DNA of 63,304 nucleotides, the filler included, from Octopus bimaculoides (taxonomy: Eukaryota): the NCBI RefSeq assembly GCF_001194135.2. It is 8 parts of 8 records of this genome, joined end to end, with 100 filler letters (N's around TTAATTAATTAA, not from the genome) between each part and the next. Parts side by side here need not be neighbours in the genome. Positions count along the whole stretch, not along the records: positions 62,000 to 63,304 come from NW_026354732.1; 7 more parts are not named here. One strand, given 5' to 3'. The translations under genes and the position numbers were made by a program. Numbering within the stretch: the stretch's first letter is position 1; each line of letters opens with the position of its first letter. The notes under the pieces are model-generated. The model was not told the DNA's origin and did not search any database. It was given only the letters and a program-made list of their open reading frames with translations. Positions 63,159 through 63,304 of this stretch are shown here, piece after piece.

Positions 63159-63304
63159 TATTATTCTACTTTCTATGCTCTATATCATATATTTTAATAA
63201 TTACTGGTATTTTTTATATATTATATGTGTAAAGCATAATATGTCTAAAAGTTGATGAATACCACCTATTGATCCCCTCCATTTTCTTACTGCTGTATAT
63301 ATAT

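Overview
AT-rich animal genomic DNA from a draft assembly. About 5.5 kb is N gaps, seven of them carrying an artificial TTAATTAATTAA spacer. The microsatellite load and SINE families look like an Octopus genome (inference from repeat recognition, not a search). I recognised no confident host protein-coding gene; nearly all listed ORFs are microsatellite or N-run artefacts. The window is dominated by four to five SINE families (some in head-to-tail arrays), a decayed mariner with TIRs, several decayed Penelope-like element (PLE) GIY-YIG/RT fragments, two R4/Dong-type LINE fragments (one with twin-priming-like inversion geometry), two solo LTRs, a MITE, a Helentron/HINE-like element and a hAT-Charlie terminus. 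The most interesting signal is a set of sequence-diverse minimal type I hammerhead-ribozyme (HHR) motifs at about 9.1, 12.2, 14.6, 41.6, 43.9, 61.5 and 62.1 kb. One lies in a ~130-bp-arm near-perfect fold-back and carries a swapped G3-C8 core (GUGAACA instead of CUGANGA). A local CpG-decay domain (~27-32 kb) with a well-bounded candidate exon hints at an unrecognised transcription unit. All structures were folded and aligned by eye; no database search or folding program was run.
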